The position numbers and the translations under genes were made by a program. Source: Chloropicon primus (Eukaryota). Taken from it: a DNA stretch of 64,000 nucleotides. Shown piece by piece: positions 62,223-64,000 of the stretch (positions within the stretch are counted from its first letter, which is position 1; each line of letters starts with the position of its first letter). The stretch covers positions 1,054,001 to 1,118,000 of the forward strand of contig CP060756.1 in the NCBI GenBank assembly GCA_023205875.1, written 5' to 3'. The notes below the pieces were generated by a model, which did no database searches, was not told the origin of the DNA, and saw nothing but the letters and a program-made list of their open reading frames with translations.

Positions 62223-62534
62223 CCCAACCCCGAGGCCCCCCTAGGATGCCGCGGAAAGAATCCCCCCTCCGGCAACCGCTTCGCGTTGTCGTGCCCAATG
62301 TCGTGCCCAGGTGTGCGCCCTTGCCCCGCTCGGCATCCGACGTCGCGGCGCGCGCGCCTCTCGCCCGAGTAACGCTCGACCTCGTCCCCACCCTCGAGCG
62401 CCTCGTTACGACGACGGCCAGCCGCTCATTTTGGGGGGGGCGAGAAAAAAAAATCATGCTGTCGGTTGTCCGGTTTTTCCCGTTTCTCCAAAAACAGCCT
62501 CCAAGTTTCCAGATTTTGTTGCTTTGGCTTTGGT

Positions 62535-63752
62535 TCACAAGTTCAAGTCGATCACGATGGAGTCGTCCCCGGGGTGCTGAAACAGGGACTCGTCCCAGAG
62601 CCCCAGGCCCTTGAGCTCGTCCTTGAGCGCGCGAATGGCCAGGCCGGCTTCCCTCTGCTTCCTCCTGTCCCCCTCCCCCTTGGCCGTCTTGGCCTTGGTC
62701 TTGGCGGCCTCGATCTCTTTCGCGATCTCCGCAAAGGCTTCTTGGGGATCGTCCGGCCTCGACAGCTTCGCGTCCCCGGCGGCCTCGGTGCAAGTCTTGG
62801 GCCCGGGCCGCGCGGCGGCCTCGGCCTCCCCCGCGGGGTCGGCGTCATCCGCGTCCACGTCCATCTCCCACTCCCCTCCGTTGTCCTCCTCGCCCGGCGG
62901 GCCCATCAGGCTCTCGTCGATGTCGATGGCCTCCGGGTTGTCCCAGTCCTCCTCGTCCTCCGGGACGCCCTTGGGCGGATCAGGGAATCCGCCCTCCGGG
63001 GAGAAGGTCAGGAACCGGACCTCCTGGCCCTCGGCTACCGACGCGACGGTCAAGTGCTTCCTGGCGCTGTGAGCGACGCGGGCCGAGGCGATGAGGTGGA
63101 GGGGGTCGATGGGATCGTGCAAGCTCGAGACCTTCAGGGTCACAAAGGCGTGGGCATCGTCCGGGTTGGTCTCGTACACCAAGTACTGCGCCCCGAACTT
63201 CTTCCCGTCCGTCACTGCGTACCCTTTGTCCTTCATCTTGCGGTACACGCAGAGCTTCTCCCGCTCCACCGCGAGCTTCGAGCCCGGGCAGCCCGTCGCG
63301 TCCACCGCCGCCACGTCCCCCGCGAGCGGGAACCTCACCTTGCCCCTCCCGTTGAGCCTCGCCAGGAAGCTCTCCACCCTCTGCGGATCGTGTCCCCCTA
63401 CCAAAGCCCCGGCGGCCCCGCCTCCCCCCGGCCCGCGCTCCTCGACGGACTTCACCGACACGATCTCAATCGCGCCCTTCTCCAGGAGGTACGCCACGGC
63501 CTCGGGCTGGATCTGCACTGGGAGACCGTGAATGCCGTTCTGCTGCAGTTGGCCCGGCACGGCTCCCACGGCGCTCCCGTAGACGTTGTGCTCCGACTTG
63601 AGCCTCTCCACGTCCCTCTCGCTCCACACGAATCCCATTCCCCACAGAATGTCCACCTGAATCTTCCCGCACGACGAGAACGAGGCCTCCCTCCCCGAGG
63701 ACGAGGCCTCCTTCTCCACTGCTCTTGTTCCCCCCGTCGGATCCGTGCCCAT
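62535..63752 (-). CDS. tRNA-splicing endonuclease catalytic subunit, Sen34-like
   Basis: VWSERDVERLKSEH..YG…QNGIHGLP (Sen34 N-region); TDGKKFGAQYLVYETNPDDAHA…ARVAHSARK catalytic domain. Confidence 0.85.
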   Translation of the reverse strand: MGTDPTGGTRAVEKEASSSGREASFSSCGKIQVDILWGMGFVWSERDVERLKSEHNVYGSAVGAVPGQLQQNGIHGLPVQIQPEAVAYLLEKGAIEIVSVKSVEERGPGGGGAAGALVGGHDPQRVESFLARLNGRGKVRFPLAGDVAAVDATGCPGSKLAVEREKLCVYRKMKDKGYAVTDGKKFGAQYLVYETNPDDAHAFVTLKVSSLHDPIDPLHLIASARVAHSARKHLTVASVAEGQEVRFLTFSPEGGFPDPPKGVPEDEEDWDNPEAIDIDESLMGPPGEEDNGGEWEMDVDADDADPAGEAEAAARPGPKTCTEAAGDAKLSRPDDPQEAFAEIAKEIEAAKTKAKTAKGEGDRRKQREAGLAIRALKDELKGLGLWDESLFQHPGDDSIVIDLNL

Positions 63753-64000
63753 CTCGTCGCTGTTGACCTGACCCTGCCCTACCTCTGGCGGCGCCGCTCC
63801 GAGTCCACGCCCAACGCTCCCTCCTTCCCTCCCCCCTCCCACCAGCACCCTCAACACAGGCAGACACCCTCCCACCCTCCGACTCGCCTCCGCCGACGCC
63901 GAAAGGCGATCGCAATCGATCGCAATCGATCGATCCTTGGCTTTGGAGGGGAGGGGGAAACCTTTTTTGTTTGCGGATAAACTTGGGCGGATAAGGGGGG

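Overview
Gene-dense, GC-rich eukaryotic nuclear DNA with short GT-AG introns, TGTAA poly(A)-type signals between convergent genes and plastid-targeted genes (FtsZ1, TRX z). This fits a compact picoplanktonic green alga (Chloropicon-like; an inference from gene content and architecture). About 37 protein genes are supportable. Several small multi-exon genes (SERP1/RAMP4, UBC12, ROMO1/MGR2, NDUFA11-like, ACD11-like) only emerge after splicing. No rRNA, tRNA or CRISPR array was seen. The most unusual part is 54.3-57.8 kb. It holds an intronless, codon-atypical ORF (56420/56495-57667) with an AP2-like N-terminus and two tandem PD-(D/E)XK-type (E...D...QxK) nuclease-like modules. That ORF has an AT-rich leader with a 19-bp direct repeat and an E2F-like site, and a microhomology-mediated duplication/deletion scar at its 5' end. 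It abuts a two-pore channel gene cut off in its second pore, and a 5'-truncated ERG4-like fragment lies nearby. Other notable architectures are a receptor-like (PBP/ANF-TM-PDE) phosphodiesterase, an NT5C-type HAD phosphatase-GT2 fusion and a TM-FN3-CS protein. All homology calls are from recognising motifs by eye; no searches were run.
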